Source of the DNA: a virus | Lineage: Duplodnaviria > Caudoviricetes | DNA: 64,000 bases | IMG/VR virus record: IMGVR_UViG_3300034127_000032 | Location: 2,587-66,586 of that record | Direction: 5' to 3' (one strand) | In this document: positions 53,805 to 62,186 of the stretch, in pieces | Numbering within the stretch: position 1 is the first letter of the stretch | Layout of the letters: the number at the start of each line of letters is the position of its first letter | The notes under the pieces: model-generated | What the model saw: the letters and a program-made list of their open reading frames with translations, nothing else | What the model was told of the DNA's origin: nothing | Databases searched by the model: none | Made by a program: the position numbers and the translations under genes

Positions 53805-55016
53805 ATGCCGTATAACTATATCACCTCGACAGGCGTAATTGTCCCTGATACCAGTACGCTAAAAACCGATGTTCAAGGCGAGTATACAGGGCAGTTTGGC
53901 GCTGCTTTGTTGCTTGCTGACGATACTCCTCAGGGCCGATTGATAGATGTTGAAGTCACTGCACGCGACTTAGTTATACGGGGTGCGGCTGAACTTTCTA
54001 ACCAGTTTAATCCAAACATAAACTCCGGCATTTTTCTTAAAAGTGTTGCTGCGTTACACGCAGTAGAGGCTTCTGCCGCTTCCTACACCGTTATTCCGGG
54101 CGTAGTAGTTACTGCTTTGCCTTCAACTGTTATTCCTGCTGGCTCGCGTATTGCAGACACAGCTGGCAACTATTTTAAAGCTATCACGCGCATAACAGTT
54201 CCTGTAGAAGGCACTGTAACGGCCGACTTTCAGGCAACCGAACCAGGCCCGGCTGTTCCGGCCTTAAATAGCGCGACTCAAATTATTGACGGTGTGTTTG
54301 GGTGGCTGACTGTAAATAACCCGTTAGTCGCTACTCCAGGTTCTTTTGAGGAAACTGATGATGTGCTTCGTCTTGCGCGTAACTCAAAGCTTTCCCTACT
54401 TTCTAAAGGCCCTATTGAAGCAATATTTTCAAACCTGCTAGCAGCGCCCAACGTAAGATGGTGTAGTGTCAGAGAAAATGATTCCGATACTGCACAGACT
54501 ATTGACGGCGTAGTAATGACGCCGTCTAGCACTTGGATTTGTGTCCAGGGTGGCGCTGATGACGATATTGCGCTAGCGTTTATTCGGAGCAAGCAAACAG
54601 GGAGCCCACTCACTGTGGGTACAGATAATGGTACGCCAGTGCTCTACTCTGTTGTGGATCCAATAAGCGGCCAGACTTATCCAGTTATGTTTACCCGCCC
54701 TGTTCCTGTTCCGTTTCTGCTGAGAGTTACTGTGGCAAGTGGTTCTGCCGTTGATCCGTATACAGCTATTCCGGACGCTGTTGTAACTTACGGTAACGGG
54801 CTGCTAGCAGGCGAACTTGGCTTTGTAGTTGGCGCTACTGTTAGTCCTTTTGAAGTAGCAGCAGCCATTAACGTTCAACTACCAGAACTTTTTATAAAAA
54901 GAGTTGAGTTAGCCCTTCCTGGTGGTACGCCTATATACACTACCAACGAGTTGTCTATCGCTCTTTGGGAAGTAGCTACCACAACTACTGGTACCATTTC
55001 TGTTGTGGTGGTGTAA
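53805..55016 (+). CDS. Baseplate J-like wedge protein
   Basis: TGVIVPDT...TPQGRLID...FNPN...ETD..LR..R...V.END. Confidence 0.88.
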   Translation: MPYNYITSTGVIVPDTSTLKTDVQGEYTGQFGAALLLADDTPQGRLIDVEVTARDLVIRGAAELSNQFNPNINSGIFLKSVAALHAVEASAASYTVIPGVVVTALPSTVIPAGSRIADTAGNYFKAITRITVPVEGTVTADFQATEPGPAVPALNSATQIIDGVFGWLTVNNPLVATPGSFEETDDVLRLARNSKLSLLSKGPIEAIFSNLLAAPNVRWCSVRENDSDTAQTIDGVVMTPSSTWICVQGGADDDIALAFIRSKQTGSPLTVGTDNGTPVLYSVVDPISGQTYPVMFTRPVPVPFLLRVTVASGSAVDPYTAIPDAVVTYGNGLLAGELGFVVGATVSPFEVAAAINVQLPELFIKRVELALPGGTPIYTTNELSIALWEVATTTTGTISVVVV

Positions 55017-55702
55017 TGGACAAGCGTATTAGCTTAGCTCCTGACTTGCTTGCGAATATAACTTGGCAGTATGATGCTGCGCCTAACTTAAAAGGACTTG
55101 TTACACGTAAGCAGGACTGGTATGCCACAAACTGGGGCAATTTTTGGAACAATTGGCAGGTTGCAGTTTTTGATTTAAAAACTGCCAATAGGTTCGGCTG
55201 CGTCGTATGGGCCATTATTTTAAACGTACCTACAAGTCTTGTCTATAACCCACAAACGATTGGTGAGACTCCCCCTTTTGGCTTTGGTGGAGGCCGGGAA
55301 AATTTTGATGGCTCTAACTTTTTTGGCGCTGCTCCAGTTGTAACACTTACGCTTGAAGAAGCAAGAAAACTTCTTCGTGTTCGTTATTACGCACAGACTA
55401 TGAGCACCACAATTTCAAACATTAATGGAATGCTTAAAGACGTGTTTGGGGAAGATGGACTTTCTTATATTGAAGAGACAGTTGGTGGTACTGCCATTGT
55501 GCCATTTGGATTTGGACAATACCGACAAAACTTTAATACTCCATCGAATTTTAATGGTTCTTTGCTATACGGTAATATCAAGGCCATGGTTCAAAAGTAT
55601 ATTTTTACTTTTCCACTTTCGCCCAACTTTAAAGCCGCATTGCAGATATACCTTCCTAAAGGGTCTGGTGTGCAGACTATAATCTCTTCACCGAGTGTGT
55701 GA
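55016..55702 (+). CDS. Baseplate wedge protein (DUF2612)
   Basis: WQYD.APNL..L...K..W...FDL.TAN.FG..VWAIIL. Confidence 0.85.
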   Translation: MDKRISLAPDLLANITWQYDAAPNLKGLVTRKQDWYATNWGNFWNNWQVAVFDLKTANRFGCVVWAIILNVPTSLVYNPQTIGETPPFGFGGGRENFDGSNFFGAAPVVTLTLEEARKLLRVRYYAQTMSTTISNINGMLKDVFGEDGLSYIEETVGGTAIVPFGFGQYRQNFNTPSNFNGSLLYGNIKAMVQKYIFTFPLSPNFKAALQIYLPKGSGVQTIISSPSV

Positions 55703-55729
55703 AGTCTTTAAAAGCTATTGGAGCACAAA

Positions 55730-57535
55730 ATGGTAGCTAAACTTTTTACTAAACCGTTTGGGGTTGCAGGGGATAAAACCCCAATTCCCAATGGTGTTCA
55801 AACAGACGGTACAGTCAGCTACGAGTCAGGTTTTGGGGCAGACTACGAGCGCCAGCTTGGTGTAGACCCAGCCGCAAAAAATATCGGTCGTCAAACGTTT
55901 AACGAGCTTATGTTTGACGCTACCACAGCACTTCAAGAAAACCAAGCGGGTTTTGGCGCATCTCCGTATAGCCTAGTACTGGCCCAGGCTTTGCCCGGCG
56001 GCGGTTATCCAAAAGGCGCGTTAATTCCAAGAGCGGATGGTACAGGCCTTTGGTTTAATACTGTAGTAGCCAATACCACTAACCCGGATACAGGCGGAGC
56101 TGGTTGGTTGCAGTTTAACGCACAAGATAGTCTTTACGCTGTTGATACGGGTGTTGCTAACACGTATGTATGCGCTTTTACGCCTACACTTGTTCGTAGT
56201 GAAGCACACCCTATCTCCGTCAGGATTAAGACCGCTAACACCGGTGCCTCTACCATTAATGACGGTAACGGTGCAGTGCCCATTGTGGGCGCTTTGCTGC
56301 TAGGCCTACAGGGCGGCGAACTTGTACAAAACACTGTAGCTATCCTGCAGTGGGTGGCAGCTATTTCTTCATACGTCGTAGCTTTTTCTGCTGGAGCTTT
56401 ACAAGTAGGTCCAGCAAGCAAAAGTTTACAGGCTGTTAATGCGCAACAAGTCCAACGACAGAGCACAACGTTTTTTACAACTACTGGTACCAGTACTACA
56501 CAAGCTATTCTGCCCGTTCCAGCTGTTCAAGCCTACGCAGCTGGTTTGCGCTTTAGCGTAGTTTTTAACGTGGCGAGTGGAGCAAGTCCGACGCTGGACG
56601 CCTCAGGCTTAGGCCCAAAAAACGTCATGCAGTACACCGCAAGCGGTAAAGTCTCTGCTACTTGGGGCGCTGGCCAAGTAGCTGATGTTGTCTACGATGG
56701 TACAGACTGGGTTTTACTCCAGCAATTGTCTTATGCAGTTCAAGCCTCCACCGATTCTTTTACCGCAGGCAAAGTGGCCTTAGTGGGTAGTGGCGGCGTT
56801 GGTGGCGCAACCATTGTATACGCCGGATCGATCGATAGCCTAGCTGCTGGCCAGCTATTTTCTACTGGTCCTGGCTCTACAACACTTCCCCAGTATGCCG
56901 CAACCACTCAAGGGCAAGGTGTTTACATTCATCTAAATGCTAACTTTGGTTATATGCGTTGGACTGAAATCACAACTGGCATTAGTTTCGAGCGCCAAAA
57001 AGTATCAGGCACATGGCAGGCATGGGGGGAATGCTATGGCCAGGTGTCATGCGACCTTACTGGGTCTGTGTTTGCATTTCTGACAAACGCAGCGCCTGCA
57101 GGGATGATAAAGGCAAATGGTGCCGCAGTCAGCCGAACCGTGTATGCGCGTCTGTTTGCTAAAATCGGAACGCTGTACGGTGCTGGCGATGGCTCTACTA
57201 CGTTCAACACTCCAGACCTTCGTGGTGAGTTTATTCGTGGCTTTTCTGACGGTCGCACATCAGTTGACGTTGGTCGCGTAATGGGTAGCAGCCAAATCGG
57301 CTCGCTTATATCTTATGACCCGACAACCGTGTCCCCGATTTCTACTGGTTTACACTCAACAGCATCCGATGCTAACACTCGCATAGACCTGGGTCTTGAT
57401 ATTCCTGAAGCTTCAGGCCTTTACCCTAACGCTGATGTTATCAGCGGTAGTAGTACCGGAACATTTAGCGTTACAGCTGCAGCTGGCGTAGCTAGACCGC
57501 GAAACGTCGCCCTCCTTTACTGCATCAAGTTTTGA
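55730..57535 (+). CDS. Tail fiber protein with C-terminal collar domain
   Basis: KPFGVAGDK..IP...DG.VSY..GF..DY; APAGMIKANGAAVSRT.YA.LFA.IGT.YGAGDGSTTFN.PDLRGEFIRG; RPRNVALLYCIKF. Confidence 0.92.
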   Translation: MVAKLFTKPFGVAGDKTPIPNGVQTDGTVSYESGFGADYERQLGVDPAAKNIGRQTFNELMFDATTALQENQAGFGASPYSLVLAQALPGGGYPKGALIPRADGTGLWFNTVVANTTNPDTGGAGWLQFNAQDSLYAVDTGVANTYVCAFTPTLVRSEAHPISVRIKTANTGASTINDGNGAVPIVGALLLGLQGGELVQNTVAILQWVAAISSYVVAFSAGALQVGPASKSLQAVNAQQVQRQSTTFFTTTGTSTTQAILPVPAVQAYAAGLRFSVVFNVASGASPTLDASGLGPKNVMQYTASGKVSATWGAGQVADVVYDGTDWVLLQQLSYAVQASTDSFTAGKVALVGSGGVGGATIVYAGSIDSLAAGQLFSTGPGSTTLPQYAATTQGQGVYIHLNANFGYMRWTEITTGISFERQKVSGTWQAWGECYGQVSCDLTGSVFAFLTNAAPAGMIKANGAAVSRTVYARLFAKIGTLYGAGDGSTTFNTPDLRGEFIRGFSDGRTSVDVGRVMGSSQIGSLISYDPTTVSPISTGLHSTASDANTRIDLGLDIPEASGLYPNADVISGSSTGTFSVTAAAGVARPRNVALLYCIKF

Positions 57536-57542
57536 GGTGATA

Positions 57543-58019
57543 ATGATTATTTACAACGTAGACCATAGTACCGGCGAATTTGTCAGTGTCGGGGAGGCTG
57601 ATGAAAGCCCTTTGGAGCCAGGGGTGTGGCTTATCCCAGCAGATGCCGTTGCCGACGAGCCGCCTAAAGCTGGAAAGCGTGAGGTTCCTGTATACAAAGA
57701 TGGCGAATGGAAGCTGACTGCTGACTGGCGTGGCTATCAGTATTGGGATAAGGTCGATGGGAAAGCCCACATTATTACTGAAGTAGGGGTTGTACCTCCA
57801 AAGGGCCACTTAACAGAAAAGCCGCCACTTAGTATAACTGAGGTGGAAGATCTTCGCGCAGTAGCGTACGCAGATCCCATTAGTGGTAGCTACAGACACT
57901 ATATGGAGGCCATCAGACTGACACTGACCGGCGGTGAACCAACGTTGATAGAGGAGTCTGTGTCGTTGGGCAATGCTGCTCGCGCAAAAACTCAAGAGGA
58001 TTTTCCGTATGGCGAATAA
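57543..58019 (+). CDS. Tail fiber assembly chaperone
   Basis: IYNVDH.TGEFV....ADESPLEPGVWLIPA.A....PP...W....DWRG. Confidence 0.85.
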   Translation: MIIYNVDHSTGEFVSVGEADESPLEPGVWLIPADAVADEPPKAGKREVPVYKDGEWKLTADWRGYQYWDKVDGKAHIITEVGVVPPKGHLTEKPPLSITEVEDLRAVAYADPISGSYRHYMEAIRLTLTGGEPTLIEESVSLGNAARAKTQEDFPYGE

Positions 58020-58689
58020 CATGGCAGCGGATACGCTCAGTTTGGTAAATTTCGACCCAACCAAATCGCCGCTCTATATCTTAAATACTGTGCGTGGGCC
58101 GGGTGCCGTTTTTGAATGTACGTGGTCAAACTACATTGAGTTCAAGCGTACCGGGTTCAACGCCAAAGGCGCTATCGGTGCGCTTGGCTCGTTTGAAATG
58201 AACATGTCCGTAAACATGGACTACAAGACCAGTCTGCACCGCTTCTACGACAACACCCAGGATGCATACTGGACGGCGCTAAACACGGCCGGGTACTACC
58301 TGCAGTTTGCCCCAAAATTTGCCGGTGACGGCGATGTATGGGATAACACGGGTAACCAGTACGGCTTCAAAATTAACGTAGACGAAGCTCAGTTTAACGG
58401 TCATCTGGTGCCGATCGCTGACGACAAGGTCGGGCTCGGTAAGTCTACGCGCCGTTACACTGGGCTTTTTGTCAGCAAGAAGGCAGCGCATGTAGTGGTT
58501 ATACCAGCAGGTCAACTCACTGCATGGGTTGATAACGTTGGGTGCCGTCCTGATTCGCACGTCTTCACTAACGTTTCATCTGGCGCGTTTGTGAACAGTC
58601 GAGCAGTGCCAGCAGTTCACGGTTTCACAGTGCAAATCGAGGCTGCGCAAGATACCCCTACATCAGTAAGCTTTTTTATGCTCGGCTAA
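58009..58689 (+). CDS. Putative second tail fiber/spike (adhesin)
   Basis: End of the late operon; VPIADDKVGLGKSTRRYTGLF fiber-like motif; beta-rich. Confidence 0.5.
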   Translation: MANNMAADTLSLVNFDPTKSPLYILNTVRGPGAVFECTWSNYIEFKRTGFNAKGAIGALGSFEMNMSVNMDYKTSLHRFYDNTQDAYWTALNTAGYYLQFAPKFAGDGDVWDNTGNQYGFKINVDEAQFNGHLVPIADDKVGLGKSTRRYTGLFVSKKAAHVVVIPAGQLTAWVDNVGCRPDSHVFTNVSSGAFVNSRAVPAVHGFTVQIEAAQDTPTSVSFFMLG

Positions 58690-58764
58690 GAGCCAATAAA
58701 GCTAGCCAAAATAAAGCTTGCAAGTAAAATGTCTAGCAATTAGCATAAAAAGAAAAAAAAAACT

Positions 58765-58830
58765 AAACCCGGTAGAACTTCGTGTTGGAAATTGCGTTTA
58801 TTCCAATACAATTTCCTACCGGGTTTTATT
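58765..58830. terminator. Long interrupted hairpin at the convergent junction; probable bidirectional terminator
   Basis: AAACCCGGTAG/CTACCGGGTTT outer stem plus TGTTGGAA/TTCCAATACA inner stem; A-run and T-run flanks. Confidence 0.65.
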
Positions 58831-58844
58831 TTGCTCAGGTAAAA

Positions 58845-59153
58845 TCACAAAGTTTTATGGCTAGGGCTCAGCGCCAAATTACGTAAACGAGCAGCCTGTC
58901 TAGCAGGTGTGTTTGTTGCCACATTAGCATAAAAGCCATTTGTTTGGCCTTTTGCTGGCCAGCTTATTTCAGCGTTTATTGCTGGTTGCCGACGTAGCCA
59001 AGCGCAAAAAGTTGTTTGCGGTAAATCAAGAATAGTAGCAGTAGATGATTTGCTTTCACCTCCTTTGGCAAATTCTTTTAGCACTTCGCAAAAGGTTTTT
59101 CCTTCCTCAGCTTCTACCCTGTTGATATGGTCCTTCATTAATACCCTAGCCAT
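58845..59153 (-). CDS. HTH-like hypothetical protein
   Basis: ESKSSTATILDLPQTTFCAWLRR. Confidence 0.5.
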   Translation of the reverse strand: MARVLMKDHINRVEAEEGKTFCEVLKEFAKGGESKSSTATILDLPQTTFCAWLRRQPAINAEISWPAKGQTNGFYANVATNTPARQAARLRNLALSPSHKTL

Positions 59154-59154
59154 A

Positions 59155-59445
59155 CTACACCGCCTTGCCAGCAGCTTTAAGGGTTGCGTAGCGGTCAGCA
59201 GACACCCAGCCTTTATTTTCTAACGAGCGTAGATACTGACCGTTATAGAAAAACATAAGGTAAGGCCACACCACCAATATGCCAAAGCCCGCGGTAAAAA
59301 AGATAATTGCAAAGGCAATAATAGCAGTTGCCATATCACCACGGCACATTGGTACAAAAAGGCCAAAGAACAGGCTTGTCCAGCTGAACCCTGTGGGTAC
59401 GTATTCATCGCGACCGGAAGTTGGATTAATCATCTTGATAGTCAT
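59155..59445 (-). CDS. DUF2628-like membrane protein
   Basis: PTGFSWTSLFFGLFVP..RGD...FFYN..Y...L..KGW. Confidence 0.7.
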   Translation of the reverse strand: MTIKMINPTSGRDEYVPTGFSWTSLFFGLFVPMCRGDMATAIIAFAIIFFTAGFGILVVWPYLMFFYNGQYLRSLENKGWVSADRYATLKAAGKAV

Positions 59446-59912
59446 TTTGCTTTAGCCTCATTCTCTGCTCGAATTTTATCCAAAAACTCCTGAGGAAGTT
59501 TCTTAGGGTATTCAGTTGTAATATTAAAGTATTCCGCAATTTTTTCTACTGCGTCAACCCAGCTATAGCAAACAAAAGCTTGATAGCCGCGGGCTACCAT
59601 AGCTTTGCCAAATTTCTTTTGTACCGTTGAAACAACGCCGCCTGGCTTTTTCATCTCAATCCATAACCCGTTAAAGTTGTAACGAGGGTACGGCACAAAC
59701 AGGTCAAACACTCCAGGAGTAACGCCTTCGGCTTTAAGCTTGCCTGCAGTTATTTTATCACGACTGCCGCCGTTTGGTACAGCAAATATCCATTCAAGTT
59801 CTGGATGGTAATGAGTCTTACGGCGTAGCCAGCAGAACAGTGCAGCTTGATGAGCGTGCTCGGTTCCAGCACGAGCAATTTGCTCTGGCGTGTAAGAAGA
59901 GGATACGGCCAT
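59442..59912 (-). CDS. VRR-NUC domain nuclease (resolvase-like)
   Basis: EHAHQ...FAVPNGG.R...KLKAEGV.PGV.DL...IEMK...Q. Confidence 0.9.
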   Translation of the reverse strand: MAVSSSYTPEQIARAGTEHAHQAALFCWLRRKTHYHPELEWIFAVPNGGSRDKITAGKLKAEGVTPGVFDLFVPYPRYNFNGLWIEMKKPGGVVSTVQKKFGKAMVARGYQAFVCYSWVDAVEKIAEYFNITTEYPKKLPQEFLDKIRAENEAKAK

Positions 59913-59914
59913 AT

Positions 59915-60103
59915 TTACTCCGGCAAGTTAAGGGCTTGGACGGCAAGGCGCTCAAGGTGCGCTGCTTCGCCTTGAAAATGGTCTTCAGTATAGGCTATTG
60001 ACTGGCCGTTAACTACCCGTTGTTGGTTAGCCGCTTCCATACCTTTTACGCGTGCAACTGCGGCCTGAATGTAGGCAAAAGTTGCTAGCTGTTGATTATT
60101 CAT
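59915..60103 (-). CDS. Hypothetical protein
   Basis: GM.AANQQR...GQSIAY.EDHF; TAATG coupling. Confidence 0.6.
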   Translation of the reverse strand: MNNQQLATFAYIQAAVARVKGMEAANQQRVVNGQSIAYTEDHFQGEAAHLERLAVQALNLPE

Positions 60104-61068
60104 TATTCCTCCGGGAATTCAAGCGTAGCTGGTTGTTTGGTCAGCTTTTCATCAGCCCACAGTGGATGGTCCCGGCCGAGGTCTTCATTATGGCGAAAGC
60201 CTGCCCAAATGCCGTGACGTGGTTTGCTCTTTACCCCGTGTGCAAAGTGCTTAAAGCGGGTAATGTCGCCTCGAGTTTCTTCACGATTTTCCCATGCCCA
60301 CTTGGCTTGCGCATGAGTCATTGATCCGCAGCTAACACCAAACGTACCTTCATAGTCTGGGTGGTAGCAAATGTACGAGCCCAACCGGCCGGAAGCTACA
60401 AGGTTTTCAGCGTGTGAAGAACGGACGTCACGCCCAAGCTCGTTGACGTAAGTTTCGTTTTCATTGTGCATTAGTTCTTCAAAGCCGACAATACGTGCTT
60501 CACCATGACTAAAGCGTTTGACTTTAAGAAGACCGCCTTCGTTGGTTGTTGATCGGCCCATTTTGTAAAGACCGTCAAAAGACCGGACCATAATGCCTTC
60601 GTAACCCTGCTCAATGCACTGGGCTTCAAAGGCGTCAAGTTCTTCTTGGCTGCGCATTACCCGTTGAGTCAGAACGACAACATGCACATTGTCAGAATGA
60701 ATGGACGATAAACGGTCGGAGTAGCCAACGCCTTTTAGGTCCCAACGGTCAAATACGTACAGCTTAACATCCGGTATGCCTTTTTTAGACATGACACCAG
60801 AAGACGTTTTCTGCATACAGTTTGGATCAGTGGGAGAACCTACTACCAGTTCACCATCAAGGCCTTCGCAGTCAGCAAAGCGGGCTTGAGTATGGCTATT
60901 TGGAATCAGTTTAAGTGTACGTGACAGCAAACCGCCTCTTGTGCCGAGTGCTCGAATGCCATCAATCTTAGGCGACGCATAACACGGAAATTTTTGTTTA
61001 GCTGGGTCAAACTTGCCAGCAAGATTTGGCTTAAGACCTGCGGGAGGCGGTACGTTGAACAAGTCCAT
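60103..61068 (-). CDS. lig: ATP-dependent DNA ligase
   Basis: SPKIDGIRA (KxDG), LDGEL, YVFD, EGIMVR, LLKVKR. Confidence 0.93.
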   Translation of the reverse strand: MDLFNVPPPAGLKPNLAGKFDPAKQKFPCYASPKIDGIRALGTRGGLLSRTLKLIPNSHTQARFADCEGLDGELVVGSPTDPNCMQKTSSGVMSKKGIPDVKLYVFDRWDLKGVGYSDRLSSIHSDNVHVVVLTQRVMRSQEELDAFEAQCIEQGYEGIMVRSFDGLYKMGRSTTNEGGLLKVKRFSHGEARIVGFEELMHNENETYVNELGRDVRSSHAENLVASGRLGSYICYHPDYEGTFGVSCGSMTHAQAKWAWENREETRGDITRFKHFAHGVKSKPRHGIWAGFRHNEDLGRDHPLWADEKLTKQPATLEFPEE

Positions 61069-61130
61069 TTAACTCTCCGGAAATAAGAAAGCGCCCAGCA
61101 AGCTAGGCGCGTTGTGCAACTGTGGGTTGA

Positions 61131-61568
61131 TCAGAAACCTGAGCCTTCAAGCTCTTTCAGCAAAGCTGCGACTTCTGGGTCGGTCTGCGCCATGACGGTA
61201 TAAAGCTCACGCTCTTCAAACTGACGGCGCTTGGTAGCCAACTGGGCTTTGACGCGGGCCATGTGCTCAGTGCGCTCTTGCACTTGTTTGGCAAAAGCCT
61301 CGTCGAACGAACCCCAAATAGATTTTGTGGCTTGGCCATGAACATCAATGACGTGATCGCGCACAATACGCACAATTTTGAATGGGAACTCGCTATTGCC
61401 GGACGCTTGATAAACAGCTGCGTATTGGCCGGAACGAGCGCTTTCTGGCGCAAAGTAGTGGTATTCTTTTTGCCCATTTTGCTCGCTGAAAACAACAGCG
61501 ACAACTTGTACTTTGCCGATTGCGTCAACGGCAATTGCTTTGGTTTCAGTAGCGTTTACTTCAGTCAT
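61131..61568 (-). CDS. Hypothetical protein
   Basis: ACGGAG RBS before MTEVNATE; KEYHY...; C-terminal helix. Confidence 0.65.
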   Translation of the reverse strand: MTEVNATETKAIAVDAIGKVQVVAVVFSEQNGQKEYHYFAPESARSGQYAAVYQASGNSEFPFKIVRIVRDHVIDVHGQATKSIWGSFDEAFAKQVQERTEHMARVKAQLATKRRQFEERELYTVMAQTDPEVAALLKELEGSGF

Positions 61569-61898
61569 GGTATTGCTCCGTTTGTTCATTAGTAAGGATA
61601 AAAAGTAGGGTTGTTCCCTACCAACGAAACCCCCCAATTAAGGAGGTTTGTGGAGCCGCTTACGGCCATCCAGGTTTTTGTAGCTTTTTGGCGGGATTAC
61701 TAGCAGCAACTAGCTGAAGCCCGAGCTTAACATTCGCCAATGGTCTGAGGGCGTACGCCATAGCCGCTTTGCGGCCCGTAGACCATTGTTATTAAATAGC
61801 TTATAGCCAATTGCTGTTGGCCAGTCCACTACCGCGAACGCTAAGCCCCTAAGAAGGAGCATTAGCATATTTATTCCTTATCAATATTTATTGCCTAC

Positions 61899-61920
61899 AA
61901 AGCCCCAGTTAAGGGGCTTT
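61899..61920 (-). terminator. Rho-independent terminator
   Basis: AAAGCCCC-ttaact-GGGGCTTT on the minus strand. Confidence 0.75.
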
Positions 61921-61938
61921 AGGCGGGCGCGGGGTTGG

Positions 61939-62106
61939 CTAGCGATACAGGCCTAGCTCGTGGATCGTTACGGAATAGCCGCTTATTTCATATTGTATAT
62001 AAGCTTCAAACGCTTCTGTGTAAGTTTCAAATTCCTTTATGCCGTTATCCAGTTCTTCGGCGGATTCGAAGGACAAAACATAATTGGTGCTGGCTGCGTA
62101 GGTCAT
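61939..62106 (-). CDS. 55 aa acidic/aromatic microprotein (not in ORF track)
   Basis: MTYAASTNYVLSFESAEELDNGIKEFETYTEAFEAYIQYEISGYSVTIHELGLYR; own promoter, GGAG RBS and terminator. Confidence 0.7.
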   Translation of the reverse strand: MTYAASTNYVLSFESAEELDNGIKEFETYTEAFEAYIQYEISGYSVTIHELGLYR

Positions 62107-62140
62107 CTCGTCTTGCTCCGTTGTTCGTTTCGATGAGTTA

Positions 62141-62169
62141 ATTATGCCAGGGTTAACTGCAGCTGTACA
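62141..62169 (-). promoter_or_regulatory. sigma70-type promoter
   Basis: TGTACA-17-CATAAT. Confidence 0.65.
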
Positions 62170-62186
62170 CCACTTTGCTTAGAACA

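Noticed and set aside
61640-61870. Small minus-strand membrane ORF between 61131 and 61939
   Set aside because: An RBS and ATG are present at 61868, but I could not establish a convincing product by hand, so it is left uncalled.
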